64,000 bases of DNA from Anaeromyxobacter sp. (GTDB taxonomy: Bacteria; Myxococcota; Myxococcia; Myxococcales; Anaeromyxobacteraceae): assembly GCA_049840735.1 (NCBI GenBank), contig JASGJN010000007.1, forward strand, positions 32,001 to 96,000, given 5' to 3'. The translations under genes were made by a program, and so were the position numbers. The notes under the pieces are model-generated. The model made no database searches and was not told where the DNA came from. It saw only the letters and a program-made list of their open reading frames with translations. Shown piece after piece: positions 10,340 to 19,970 of this stretch (position 1 is the first letter of the stretch; each line of letters opens with the position of its first letter).

Positions 10340-10358
10340 AGCGAGAGTCGTTCTCAAC
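10340..10358. promoter_or_regulatory. Putative Fur box
   Basis: AGCGAGAGTCGTTCTCAAC resembles the GTTGAGAATnATTCTCAAC-type Fur palindrome; 18 nt upstream of the feo cluster. Related sites at 10425 and 10549. Confidence 0.65.
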
Positions 10359-10620
10359 AACGACCCGGACGTTAGGCGACCCGGGGACCCCCATCCCTGA
10401 TCACGGTCAAGCCCATGTCGTTTTGTTGAAACTCGGTGTCGATTGTCCCTGCCGGCATGCGCAGGAAAACCGGCGCTGGGCGCAAAAGTCGAGCGATCGC
10501 AGCCGGATGGTGCGTGTGGGTTCGCGAGATCGGGTCGCGATGGCCCGGGTTGAGAACCGTTCGACCGGAGGTGGGCGCAGGCCGGCGAGGTCTCGGCGCG
10601 CGGCGCAGGGCGCTCCGCCG

Positions 10621-10854
10621 TCAGTCCTCGAGCAGCGCCTCGAGCGCGTCGATGAGCCGGAGCCCGTTCACGCGCACCGGCCCGGTGCCGGCGCCGGGCA
10701 GCCCCAGCCGCAGCCAGCCCGGCTCCGGATCCGCGCCGACCGTGACCGGCGCGTCGTGCGGGCGTTCACGGAGCGTCACCAGCAGCGCCAGGCCGTTGCC
10801 CTCTCCCTCCGCCGCCTCCGACCGCTCCCGACCGGCCTCGCCGCCCTCGAGCAT
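10621..10854 (-). CDS. Small hypothetical protein
   Basis: GGAGGG RBS + ATG 10854; MLEGGEAG...VRVNGLRLIDALEALLED with normal codon style. Confidence 0.45.
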   Translation of the reverse strand: MLEGGEAGRERSEAAEGEGNGLALLVTLRERPHDAPVTVGADPEPGWLRLGLPGAGTGPVRVNGLRLIDALEALLED

Positions 10855-11472
10855 CTCGCGCCCTCCGCGCCGGCGACCGGCTGCCCGGCGGAAGGGCCGG
10901 GCGAGCAGGCGATCGCCAACGGCCAAGCTACACAGTCCCGGCTTCGCTCGACACGTCACGCGATGGCGAGACAGGCGAACGCGTGCAGGCGCGGCGCGCA
11001 CCCCGTCGTCGGCGCGCGCACGTGGGGCTACGTGCGGCCCCGCCGGGCGCGGTCCAGCGCTGCGGTGTGGGCAGGTGGTCCGCCGGCGGGCCATCGCTGG
11101 GAGCCGCGAGGCCGTCGCCCCGAACCTCCCGCCCAGGACGGCGGGCCGACCGCCCCGGTGGAACGACCCAGCGTGAAGCAAGCGCCGGACCGGAGGCACG
11201 GGTAGGGGGCCGCCCTCCGGCCGGGCGCAGCGTTCGGGAGACACCGAAACGCTGCGGGCGATCCTGCGGTGAGGTGCCCGCAAGGATTCTTTGGTGGCCC
11301 GCCCGCGCCGGCGCCAGGCAACCGATGGGCTCTCTCCGAACGGCGGTCACTCAGCGTGACGCCCCCGATCACCGAGGGTGCACGCAGCCCCACGGGCGCC
11401 CGGGGCGGGAGGGGGAGGGCGTGCCAGGGGCTGTCGCGATTCGCTACACCGGGGCGACGTCCCACGCGCCGT

Positions 11473-12963
11473 TCAGGGGGGCAGCAGGTCGGCCATCTCG
11501 GCCTCGGCCGTGCTGACGCGCTGCCCCACGAACCACTCCACCCAGGCCAGCGAGCCGTCGTAGGGGGATTCGGCCAGGGCCTCGGTCCCCGCGGTGAGGG
11601 GGCCGACCAGCGCGCCGGCCGCCTGGAAGCGCGGGCCCAGGGTGGTCCAGCGGAAGACGGGCTCCTCCCCCGCCACCAGCTCGGCCACGTAGCGCCGGTA
11701 GTCCTCGCGGAACTCCGGGACGGCCAGCACCGCCTCCATCAGCCGCGGCGTCATCCCCGCGTTGTGCGTCTCCCCCCAGGCCACGAACGGCGAGCTGTGG
11801 GTCGGGGCGCCGATGCAGTCGAACCCGAAGGTCAGGTCGTAGTCGTAGGGGATGAACCGCCAGCGCCCGTCCGGCGCCTGGAGCAGGTAGTAGTTGTTCC
11901 CGTTGCGCCAGTAGTCGTCGGCCATGCCCACCAGCGCGTTGACCGCCTGCGCCCGCAGCAGCGACTGGACGTCGATGGCGGCCTCCAGCGAGGCGCGGTG
12001 CGGGGTGCCGGCCAGGAGGCCGATGAGCTGGTCCAGCTCCGCCTCCGCCTCGGGGAACCGGTCCTCCTGCGTCTTGAGATCGTAGGCCGGCCGGTAGGGG
12101 CTCCAGTCGTTGTTCCAGCCGGCGGCCTCGGCGGCGTCCGCCGGGTCGGTCTTCTCCAGGCCGACGCGGCCCGAGTCCGGCGACCCGTCGCCGTCGGTCC
12201 GGGTGAGGTCGGCCGGGCCCTGCGCCTGCCAGAGCGACTTGAAGAGGAATCCGTTGCCGCCGAAGCGGCGCTTGACCCACTCCTTGTCGAGGTCCTCGAT
12301 CAGCTCCAGCACGCCCATGTAGCGCTCGGGCTCGTCGCCGATGCGGACGTAGAGCCGGACGAAGGCGGCCCGGGGCGCCTGGACGCCGGCGCGCCGGAAG
12401 GTGTCGTAGGCCATCACCTCGCGCAGGTAGGTCGTGTCCCCGCGGTTCTGCTTGAGGTTGACGCCGCGCAGGGTGGCCCAGGTCCGCCCCGCGTTCCCCG
12501 GCAGCTCGGGCAGGTCGATGGAGGGCGCGCCGTACACGCCCTCGTCGCCGTCGAAGGTCTCGTTGAACTTGATCTTGAAGTGGGCCCGGACCAGCGCGTG
12601 GGCCGGGTCGTGGAGCCCGGAGCCCGCCTCCGGCCGCGTCCGGCTCCAGGTGTTGCCGCGCAGCCGCACGCCCACCGCGGCCAGGGTGGTGCCGCCGACG
12701 GTGAAGTCGGCCCGGCGGTAGATCTCGTTGCGCGGGTTCTGGTCGTGGTCGTGGAGCAGGCCGTTCCACTCGTCCACGGTGAAGGCCAGGTGGAAGGCGT
12801 CAACCCGGTCGAGCGAGAAGGCCTGCTCGAAGGCGGGGTCGTAGGCCGGGATGGCCGGGATGCCCCACGCGTCCGGGTCGGGGCCGGCCTGGTCCTGCTC
12901 GCCCTGGCAGGCGGGCAGCGCGGCGGCGAGGAGCAGGCCCAGGGTCGGGAGCAGGCGGCGCAT
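11473..12963 (-). CDS. CotH-family kinase, lipoprotein
   Basis: Lipobox-like LPAC; VGVRLRGNT, FKIKFNE, YLREVMAY, DDYWRNGNNYYL, WRFIPYDYDLTFG. Confidence 0.9.
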   Translation of the reverse strand: MRRLLPTLGLLLAAALPACQGEQDQAGPDPDAWGIPAIPAYDPAFEQAFSLDRVDAFHLAFTVDEWNGLLHDHDQNPRNEIYRRADFTVGGTTLAAVGVRLRGNTWSRTRPEAGSGLHDPAHALVRAHFKIKFNETFDGDEGVYGAPSIDLPELPGNAGRTWATLRGVNLKQNRGDTTYLREVMAYDTFRRAGVQAPRAAFVRLYVRIGDEPERYMGVLELIEDLDKEWVKRRFGGNGFLFKSLWQAQGPADLTRTDGDGSPDSGRVGLEKTDPADAAEAAGWNNDWSPYRPAYDLKTQEDRFPEAEAELDQLIGLLAGTPHRASLEAAIDVQSLLRAQAVNALVGMADDYWRNGNNYYLLQAPDGRWRFIPYDYDLTFGFDCIGAPTHSSPFVAWGETHNAGMTPRLMEAVLAVPEFREDYRRYVAELVAGEEPVFRWTTLGPRFQAAGALVGPLTAGTEALAESPYDGSLAWVEWFVGQRVSTAEAEMADLLPP

Positions 12964-13026
12964 GGAGACCTCCGCCGCTGGTTGTAAATCAGCCGCGCCC
13001 CGCCAGGGGAGGGGAATGGTCGCCCC

Positions 13027-13382
13027 TCAGCGCTCGGCCAGCCAGTCCAGCGCCACCGGCTCGTCCTCGAAGATCTGCAGGTCCCGCCGCCCGTGCAGCT
13101 TGAGGCTGGTGACGACCACCTTCCAGAAGCTGGTCCCGATCACGGCGCTGGCCGACACGTAGGGCAGGTTGGCCCGCGCGTAGCGCTTGAGCGCCTCGGC
13201 GCTCTCCTCGTTGAAGCGGCAGCGCAGCACCGTCAGGATGCGCAGCGAGTGCGGCGGGTGGGTGGAGATTTCCGCCCGGCCTGCAGGAAGGCCTGCAGCA
13301 GCTCCGCGTGCGTCAGCGACTCGCCGTAGTCGAGCCGCAGGATCCGCTTGCCCTTGTGCTCGATGTAGGTGGGCTGGAACAT
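13027..13382 (-). CDS. Small STAS/SpoIIAA-like hypothetical protein, one apparent frameshift (~13275)
   Basis: MFQPTYIEHKGKRILRLDY... joins ...ISTHPPHSLRILTVL...IFEDEPVALDWLAER if one base is restored. Confidence 0.6.
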
Positions 13383-13522
13383 GTGTGGGTCTGGCGCGTG
13401 CGGCGACGCGCCACAACATAGCGCGGTTCCGGCGCCGGCCAGAGAAATCCCGCAGCGCGATCCCGGCTGCTCCGCCTCACGCAGGCACTACACTGGCGCG
13501 CCACCCCACCGGAGGAGACCCC

Positions 13523-14407
13523 GTGCCTGGACCCGGAACCGCTCCGACCCTCTCCAGGCTGCTGCTCGGGACCTGGCGCGCCGATCGCTGGGGCATGGAC
13601 GCCGCCGCGCTGCGGGGGTTCATCGAGGCGGCCGCAGGGCTGGGCGTCACCACCGTGGACACCGCCGACATCTACTGCGGGTACGGCTGCGAGGCGCTCC
13701 TGGGGGCCGCGCTCGGCCCGTCGCCCGGGCTGAGGGCGCGGCTGCAGCTGGTCACCAAGGCCGGCATCCGCGTGCCCTGCGCCGCGCAGCCGGGCGTGCG
13801 GGTGAAGCACTACGACACCTCGCGCGCCTACCTGGTGGGCCAGGTGGAGCGCGCGCTGGCGGCGCTCCGCACCGACCGCGTCGAGGTCCTGCTGGTGCAC
13901 CGGCCGGATCCGCTGCTGGACGCCGACGAGGTGGCCGCGGCCTTCGACGACCTGCGCCGCCGCGGGCTGGTGCTGGCGTTCGGCGTCTCCAACTTCACGC
14001 CCGCCCAGCTCGAGCTGCTCCAGTCGCGGCTGCCGTTCCCGCTGGTCACGAACCAGGTGGAGTGCTCGCTCGCGCACCTGGCGCCGCTCCTCGACGGGAC
14101 GCTCGACCAGTGCCAGCGGCTGCGCCTCCCCGTGCAGGCCTGGTCGCCGCTGGGCGGCGGCCGGCTGCTGCAGGAGGGCGGTGCCCTGGGCGCCCGGCTG
14201 CAGGAGACCGGCGCCGAGCTGGGCGGCGCGGCGCCGGACCAGGTGGCGCTGGCCTGGCTGCTCCGCCACCCGGCGCGCATCCACCCGGTGCTGGGCACCG
14301 GCCGGCTGGACCGGCTGCGCGGCGCCGTGGGGGCGCTGGCGCTGCCGCTCGATCGCCAGCAGTGGTTCCGCCTGCTGGAGGCGGCGCAGGGGCGGGAGGT
14401 GCCGTAG
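13523..14407 (+). CDS. Aldo/keto reductase (YdhF-like)
   Basis: GGAGGAG RBS + GTG; DTADIYCGY, LVTKAGI, LLVHRPDPL, GVSNFT, NQVE, AWSPLGGG. Confidence 0.9.
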   Translation: MPGPGTAPTLSRLLLGTWRADRWGMDAAALRGFIEAAAGLGVTTVDTADIYCGYGCEALLGAALGPSPGLRARLQLVTKAGIRVPCAAQPGVRVKHYDTSRAYLVGQVERALAALRTDRVEVLLVHRPDPLLDADEVAAAFDDLRRRGLVLAFGVSNFTPAQLELLQSRLPFPLVTNQVECSLAHLAPLLDGTLDQCQRLRLPVQAWSPLGGGRLLQEGGALGARLQETGAELGGAAPDQVALAWLLRHPARIHPVLGTGRLDRLRGAVGALALPLDRQQWFRLLEAAQGREVP

Positions 14408-14449
14408 CGGGCTCACGGCGGGCGAGCGGCCAGACCTCGGGGCGAGCCC

Positions 14450-14502
14450 CCGTTCGTGCTGAGCGCAGCGAGGCCGCAGGCCGAGCGGACTCGAAGCACG
14501 GG
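14450..14502 (+). repeat. REP-like palindrome between convergent genes
   Basis: CCGTTCGTGCTGAGCGCAGC-GAGGCCGCAGGCCGA-GCGGACTCGAAGCACGGG. Confidence 0.75.
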
Positions 14503-14507
14503 ACCGC

Positions 14508-14927
14508 TCACGGCCCCGCCAGCACCAGGTCCTCGCCCTCCGGCACGTGGCGCAGGGCGGCGCTGTTCATGCAGAAGCGGAGCCCGGTGGGCGGCGGGCC
14601 GTCGGGGAAGACGTGGCCCAGGTGGCCGTCGCAGCGGGCGCAGCGGACCTCCGTCCGGCGCATGCCGTAGGAGCGGTCGTCGATCTGCGTGAGGGCGTCG
14701 GGGGCCACCGGCTCGGTGAAGGACGGCCAGCCGGTGCCGGACTCGAACTTGCGCCCGGACCGGAAGAGCGGGTTGCCGCAGCCGGCGCAGGCATAGGTGC
14801 CCGGCTCCTTGGTCCCCAGGTAGCAGCCGGTCCCGGGGCGCTCCGTGCCGTGCCGGCGCAGCACGTCGTACTGCTCGGGGGTGAGGCGGCGGCGCCACTC
14901 CTCGTCAGGCAGGGTCAGCTTCTCCAT
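14508..14927 (-). CDS. msrB: Peptide-methionine (R)-S-oxide reductase
   Basis: [59 protein letters not shown]. Confidence 0.97.
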   Translation of the reverse strand: MEKLTLPDEEWRRRLTPEQYDVLRRHGTERPGTGCYLGTKEPGTYACAGCGNPLFRSGRKFESGTGWPSFTEPVAPDALTQIDDRSYGMRRTEVRCARCDGHLGHVFPDGPPPTGLRFCMNSAALRHVPEGEDLVLAGP

Positions 14928-15096
14928 CCGGCGGTCTCCATGAGCGCTTGGCCGGGCACGCCCGTGCCCGGAACCCCTCATCCCTAATGGCGCCCGGGCG
15001 CTGCGGCAGGACGCGCCGGGGCCGTGGTCCCGGCGCCCCCGGGGGGCGCCAATCCGCCCGTGGCATCGGTCCGCGGCGTGGGGTAAGACGCCGGCC

Positions 15097-16734
15097 ATGC
15101 CGACGACCAACGACCTCACCCGGACGCCCGCCTGGAAGGCGCTCCAGGACCACTGCAAGACGCTCGCCCCCGTCCACCTGCGCGACCTGTTCGCCCGCGA
15201 CGCCGGCCGCGGCGAGCGGCTCACCGCCGAGGGCGCCGGCCTCTACCTCGACTACTCCAAGCAGCGGGTCACCGAGGAGACCGTCCGGCTGCTGGCCGCG
15301 CTGGCCGACGCCCGCGGGTTCGCGGCGCGCCGCGAGGCCATGTTCACCGGCGAGAAGATCAACGTCACCGAGAAGCGCGCCGTGCTGCACGTGGCGCTGC
15401 GCGCCCCCCGCACGGCCAAGATCCTGGTCGACGGGGTGGACGTGGTGCCGGAGGTGCACGCGGTCCTGGACCGGATGAGCGCCTTCGCCGAGCGCGTCCG
15501 CAGCGGCGCCTGGACCGGCCACACCGGCAAGCGCATCCGCAACGTCGTCAACGTGGGCATCGGCGGCTCGGACCTGGGCCCGGTCATGGCCTACGAGGCG
15601 CTGCGGGCGTACACCGCCCGCGAGCTCACCTTCCGCTACGTCTCCAACGTGGACGGCACCGACGTGGCCGAGGCCACGCGCGACCTGGATCCGGCCGAGA
15701 CGCTGGTGATCGTCTCCTCCAAGACCTTCACCACCCAGGAGACCATGACCAACGCCTCCTCGGCGCGGAGCTGGCTGCTGGCCGCGCTGAAGGATCCGGC
15801 CGCGGTGGCCAAGCACTTCGTGGCGGTCTCCACCAACGAGGCCGAGGTCCGCAAGTTCGGCATCGACCCGGCCAACATGTTCGGCTTCTGGGACTGGGTG
15901 GGCGGCCGCTACTCGATGGACTCGGCCATCGGCCTCTCCACCATGCTGGCGGTCGGGCCGGACGGCTTCCGCGAGCTGCTGGCCGGCTTCCACGCCATGG
16001 ACGAGCACTTCCGCACCGCCCCCATCGCCCGCAACCTGCCGGCGCTGGTGGGGCTCATCGGGCTGTGGAACATCGACTTCCTCGGCGCCGACACCGTGGC
16101 CGTGCTCCCGTACGACCAGTACCTGAAGCGCTTCCCGGCCTACCTCCAGCAGCTCACCATGGAGTCGAACGGCAAGCAGGTGACGATCGACGGCGCGCCC
16201 ATCGAGGACCACGCCACCGGCGCCATCTACTGGGGCGAGCCCGGCACCAACGGCCAGCACTCGTTCTACCAGCTGCTGCACCAGGGCACGCACCTGGTCC
16301 CGGCCGACTTCATCGGCTTCTGCCAGACGCAGAACCCGGTGGGCCGCCACCACGACCTGCTCATGGCCAACCTGCTGGCCCAGGGCGAGGCGCTGGCCTT
16401 CGGCAAGACGGCCGACGAGGTCCGCAAGGAGGGGACGGCGGAGTGGCTGGTGCCGCACCGCACCTTCCCCGGCAACCGCCCGTCCTCCACCATCCTGGCG
16501 GACAAGCTCACCCCGGCCATCCTGGGCGCGCTGGTGGCGCTCTACGAGCACGCGGTGTTCACCCAGGGCGTGGTCTGGGGCGTGAACCCCTACGACCAGT
16601 GGGGCGTCGAGCTGGGCAAGGTGCTGGCCAAGAAGATCGTCCCCGAGCTGGAGGCCAAGGAGGAGCCGGCCCTGGCCCACGACTCGTCCACCAGCGCCCT
16701 GATCCGCCGCTACCGCGCCCGCCGCGGGCGGTAG
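15097..16734 (+). CDS. pgi: Glucose-6-phosphate isomerase
   Basis: [60 protein letters not shown]. Confidence 0.98.
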   Translation: MPTTNDLTRTPAWKALQDHCKTLAPVHLRDLFARDAGRGERLTAEGAGLYLDYSKQRVTEETVRLLAALADARGFAARREAMFTGEKINVTEKRAVLHVALRAPRTAKILVDGVDVVPEVHAVLDRMSAFAERVRSGAWTGHTGKRIRNVVNVGIGGSDLGPVMAYEALRAYTARELTFRYVSNVDGTDVAEATRDLDPAETLVIVSSKTFTTQETMTNASSARSWLLAALKDPAAVAKHFVAVSTNEAEVRKFGIDPANMFGFWDWVGGRYSMDSAIGLSTMLAVGPDGFRELLAGFHAMDEHFRTAPIARNLPALVGLIGLWNIDFLGADTVAVLPYDQYLKRFPAYLQQLTMESNGKQVTIDGAPIEDHATGAIYWGEPGTNGQHSFYQLLHQGTHLVPADFIGFCQTQNPVGRHHDLLMANLLAQGEALAFGKTADEVRKEGTAEWLVPHRTFPGNRPSSTILADKLTPAILGALVALYEHAVFTQGVVWGVNPYDQWGVELGKVLAKKIVPELEAKEEPALAHDSSTSALIRRYRARRGR

Positions 16735-16780
16735 GCGGAGATCGCGAGGCCGGCTCCGGGCAAGCCCTCCGGTCCGGCCT

Positions 16781-16989
16781 CGCAGTCAGCCACCGGTCCG
16801 GCCTCCCCGTTCGTCCTGAGCGTAGCGGCCCGCGCAGCGGGCCGCGGAGTCGAAGGACAGGGCCCGCCCGCAGGTCCGGGCCACCGGTCCGGCCCCGCAG
16901 TCAGCCACCGGGGGTCCGGCCTCCCCGTTCGTCCTGAGCGTAGCGGCCCGCGCAGCGGGCCGCGGAGTCGAAGGACAGGGCCCGCCCGC
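16781..16989 (+). repeat. Tandem duplication of a ~91-94 bp unit, each containing an identical REP-like palindrome (BIME-like)
   Basis: Units 16781-16871 and 16896-16989; identical core CCGTTCGTCCTGAGCGTAGCGGCCCGCGCAGCGGGCCGCGGAGTCGAAGGAC at 16807 and 16925. Confidence 0.9.
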
Positions 16990-17054
16990 GGGCGCGACGG
17001 GTCCCCCCCCGCCCTGGGCTTGAGCCCGGGGGCGGGGCGGGCCACTCGACCGGG

Positions 17055-17810
17055 GTGGAGCCACCGGTCCTCGAGCTCGCCGGCGTGGTGAAGGGGTTCG
17101 GCGGCGCGCGCGCCGTGGGGCCGCTCCACCTGGCGGTGTCCCGCGGCGACTCCGTCGCGCTGGTGGGCCCCAGCGGCGCGGGCAAGTCCACGCTGCTGCG
17201 GCTCATGCTGGGGCTCGTGGCCCCCGACGCCGGCGAGGTGCGCCGCGCCGGACGCCCGCTCGATCCCGCCGACCACGCCGCCCGCCGCGCCTGCGGCTAC
17301 GTGGTCCAGGGCGGCGGCCTCTTCCCGCACCTCACCGCGGCCGGGAACGCCGCGCTGGTGGCCCGCCACCTGCGCTGGCCGGCCGCGCGCGTCGCGGCCC
17401 GCCTGCGCGAGCTGGCGGCGCTGGCCCGGCTGCCCACGGCGGCCATGGCGCGCTTCCCGGCCGAGCTGTCCGGCGGGCAGGCGCAGCGGGTGAGCCTGAT
17501 GCGGGCGCTCTTCCTCGACCCGCCGCTGCTGCTCCTGGACGAGCCGCTGGGCGCGCTCGATCCCATCACGCGCGCCGACCTGCAGGACGACCTGGCCCAG
17601 GCCTTCCGCGCCCTGGGCAAGACGGTGGTGCTGGTCACCCACGACCTGGCCGAGGCGGCCCGCCTGGCCTCGCGGCTGGTGGTGCTGCGCGAGGGGCGGA
17701 CGGAGCAGGACGGGCCCCTGGAGGCGCTGCTGCGCGCGCCGGCCTCGCCCTTCGTGCGCCGCTTCGTGCGGGCGCAGCGCGGGCTGCCGCCGGCGCCGGA
17801 GGAGGCGTGA
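17055..17810 (+). CDS. Osmoprotectant (glycine betaine/proline-type) ABC transporter ATPase
   Basis: Walker A GPSGAGKS, LFPHLT, LSGGQAQRV, LLLDEPLGALDPITR, VTHD. Confidence 0.9.
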   Translation: MEPPVLELAGVVKGFGGARAVGPLHLAVSRGDSVALVGPSGAGKSTLLRLMLGLVAPDAGEVRRAGRPLDPADHAARRACGYVVQGGGLFPHLTAAGNAALVARHLRWPAARVAARLRELAALARLPTAAMARFPAELSGGQAQRVSLMRALFLDPPLLLLDEPLGALDPITRADLQDDLAQAFRALGKTVVLVTHDLAEAARLASRLVVLREGRTEQDGPLEALLRAPASPFVRRFVRAQRGLPPAPEEA

Positions 17811-19315
17811 GCCCGGCCGCGGCCTGGCTGGCGCTGGCGCTGGCCGCCGGCGGGCCCTCCGTCCGTGGTGAGCCTGACGACCCACGGACGGCGCCTGCCC
17901 GGGTGGTGATCGGCTCCAAGTCCTTCACCGAGTCGGTGGTGCTGGGCGAGCTGGGCCGGGCCGCGGCCGCGGCCGCCGGCGCGCAGGCGGAGCACCGGCG
18001 TGAGCTGGGCGGCACGCGGCTGCTCTGGGAGGCGCTGCTGCGCGGCGACCTCGACGCCTACCCGGACTACACCGGCACGCTGGCGCGCGAGATCCTGGGC
18101 ACCCAGGAGACGTCGCCCGAGGGGCTGCGGGCGCTGCTGGAGCCGCGCGGCGTGGGGCTCTCCGCGCCGCTCGGCTTCGACGACACCTACGCGCTGGGCG
18201 TGCGCCGCGAGGTGGCGGAGCGGCTGGGGCTGCGGCGCATCTCGGACCTGGCCGCCCACCCGGCGCTGCGGCTCGGCTTCACCAGCGAGTTCATGGACCG
18301 GGCCGACGGCTGGCCGGCGCTGCGCGCCCGCTACGGCCTCCCCCAGCGCGAGGTGCGCGGCCTGGAGCACGACCTGGCCTACCGCGCGCTGGCCGCCGGG
18401 GAGCTGGACGTGACCGACCTCTACTCCACCGACGCCGAGATCGCGCGGCTGGGCGTGCGGGTGCTGGAGGACGACCGCCACGTCTTCCCGGAGTACCAGG
18501 CGGTCTGGGTCTACCGGCTGGACCTGGCCCGGCGCGCGCCGGCCGCGCTGGCGGCGCTGCGCGGGCTGGAGGGGCGGATCGACGAGGCGCGGATGCGGGC
18601 CATGAACGCGGCGGTGCAGCTGGAGGGGCGCGCCCCCGAGGCGGTGGCGGCGGGGTTCCTGGGGGGCACGGCGGGCGCCGCCGAGGGGCGGGCGGCGCGG
18701 ATCTGGGCGCGCACGCTGGAGCACCTGGCGCTGGTGGCCACGGCGCTCTCGGCGGCGGTGGCGCTGGCGGTGCCGCTGGGGATCTGGGCGGCACAGCGGC
18801 CGCGCGCCGGGCGGGCGGTGCTGGCGGTGGTGGGGGTGGTGCAGACCATCCCTTCGCTGGCGCTGCTGGTGGCGCTGGTGCCGCTCCTGGGGATTGGCGC
18901 GCGGCCGGCCATCGCGGCCCTCTTCCTGTACGGCCTGCTCCCCATCGTGCGGAACACGCACGCCGGGCTCACCGGGATCGCCCCGGAGGTGCGCGAGTCG
19001 GCGCTGGCGCTGGGGCTGCCGCCGGTGGCCCGCCTGCGCCGGGTGGAGCTGCCGCTGGCCGCGCCGGCCATCCTGGCCGGCGTGAAGACCTCGGCGGTGA
19101 TCGCGGTGGGCACCGCCACGCTGGGGGCGCTGGTGGGCGCCGGCGGCTACGGGCAGCCCATCCTCACCGGCGTGCGGCTGGCCTCGGTCCCGCTCCTGCT
19201 GGAGGGGGCGGTGCCCGCCGCCGCGCTGGCGCTGCTGGTGCAGGGCGCCTTCGACGGGCTGGAGCGCTGGCTGGTGCCGCGGGGGCTGCGGAGGGTCGCG
19301 GTCAGCCCAGGCTGA
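17807..19315 (+). CDS. Fused osmoprotectant substrate-binding + permease protein (OpuAC + ProW-like)
   Basis: IGSKSFTESVVLGE, YPDYTGT, LGFDDTYAL, YSTD, LEDDRHVFPEY; permease QTIPSLALL, YGLLPIVRNT, GAGGYG. Confidence 0.92.
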   Translation: MSPAAAWLALALAAGGPSVRGEPDDPRTAPARVVIGSKSFTESVVLGELGRAAAAAAGAQAEHRRELGGTRLLWEALLRGDLDAYPDYTGTLAREILGTQETSPEGLRALLEPRGVGLSAPLGFDDTYALGVRREVAERLGLRRISDLAAHPALRLGFTSEFMDRADGWPALRARYGLPQREVRGLEHDLAYRALAAGELDVTDLYSTDAEIARLGVRVLEDDRHVFPEYQAVWVYRLDLARRAPAALAALRGLEGRIDEARMRAMNAAVQLEGRAPEAVAAGFLGGTAGAAEGRAARIWARTLEHLALVATALSAAVALAVPLGIWAAQRPRAGRAVLAVVGVVQTIPSLALLVALVPLLGIGARPAIAALFLYGLLPIVRNTHAGLTGIAPEVRESALALGLPPVARLRRVELPLAAPAILAGVKTSAVIAVGTATLGALVGAGGYGQPILTGVRLASVPLLLEGAVPAAALALLVQGAFDGLERWLVPRGLRRVAVSPG

Positions 19316-19517
19316 CCGCCCGCGAGCGCGCGCGCTGCGGGGAGCGCCCGCTGCCCAGGCGCGAGCTGGAGAGCGTGCCGACGTGCGAGGCCAGCCCCTG
19401 GAGCCCGGGCGTGCGCCGGGCGCGCAGGCGCGGGGCGCGGCGCGGCCGGGAGGCGTGGGCCACCCACAGCGAGGTCAGCGCGAGCGCGAGGAGTCCCCAG
19501 CCGATCGGTCCGAGCAT
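19302..19517 (-). CDS. Small single-TM hypothetical protein
   Basis: ATG with purine-rich upstream sequence; TM, Arg-rich stretch, SHVGTLS motif shared with the neighbouring ORF. Confidence 0.4.
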   Translation of the reverse strand: MLGPIGWGLLALALTSLWVAHASRPRRAPRLRARRTPGLQGLASHVGTLSSSRLGSGRSPQRARSRAVSLG

Positions 19518-19598
19518 GTTCTCACCCCCGGTGAGAACGAGGAACCACGAGCCGGGACCGGGTTTGAAGCCCGCAACGGGCGAGCCCGCGCGGGCGCG

Positions 19599-19838
19599 TC
19601 AGTGCACCGCGGCCGGAGGCCCCATCCGGCGCCTGGCCTGGCGCACCGGGATGGAGAGGTCGTGGTCCAGGTGGCTCAGCGCCCCCACGTGCGCGACGAA
19701 GTGGAGCGCCCCTGCCCGGCGCGGGCCGCCCAGGCGCTGCAGCGGGCCAGCGCGGCGCCGGCGCAGCGCCACGCGCACCGCCATCACGGCGGCGAGGAGG
19801 GCGAGGATCGCGTAGGGCAGGTTCGGGTGGAGGCTCAT
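19599..19838 (-). CDS. Small single-TM hypothetical protein
   Basis: GGAG RBS + ATG; MSLHPNLPYAILALLAAVMAVRVALRRRR...AHVGALS. Confidence 0.5.
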   Translation of the reverse strand: MSLHPNLPYAILALLAAVMAVRVALRRRRAGPLQRLGGPRRAGALHFVAHVGALSHLDHDLSIPVRQARRRMGPPAAVH

Positions 19839-19970
19839 GGCCGCTCCGCCGGTCAGGCAAGACCGAGGGCCTAAGCTCGATCCGCCCGCGCCGGCGCGCC
19901 AATCCCCGGTCAGGGGTCGCGCGTGCAGGCGGAGCGAGCGCCGCGCCGCGAACGGGGGCACAATGAGGGG

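Noticed and set aside
10460..10510. GEMM/c-di-GMP-I-like words (GGAAAACC...GGGCGCAAAAG)
   Set aside because: No GNRA-capped P1 stem or P2 stem
10855..11472. About 600-bp gap without a convincing gene; possible ncRNA
   Set aside because: ORFs look like GC-rich noise and I could not identify a known RNA motif or clear structure
16781..16989. Possible CRISPR array
   Set aside because: Only two long units, no unique spacers, no cas genes; it is a REP tandem
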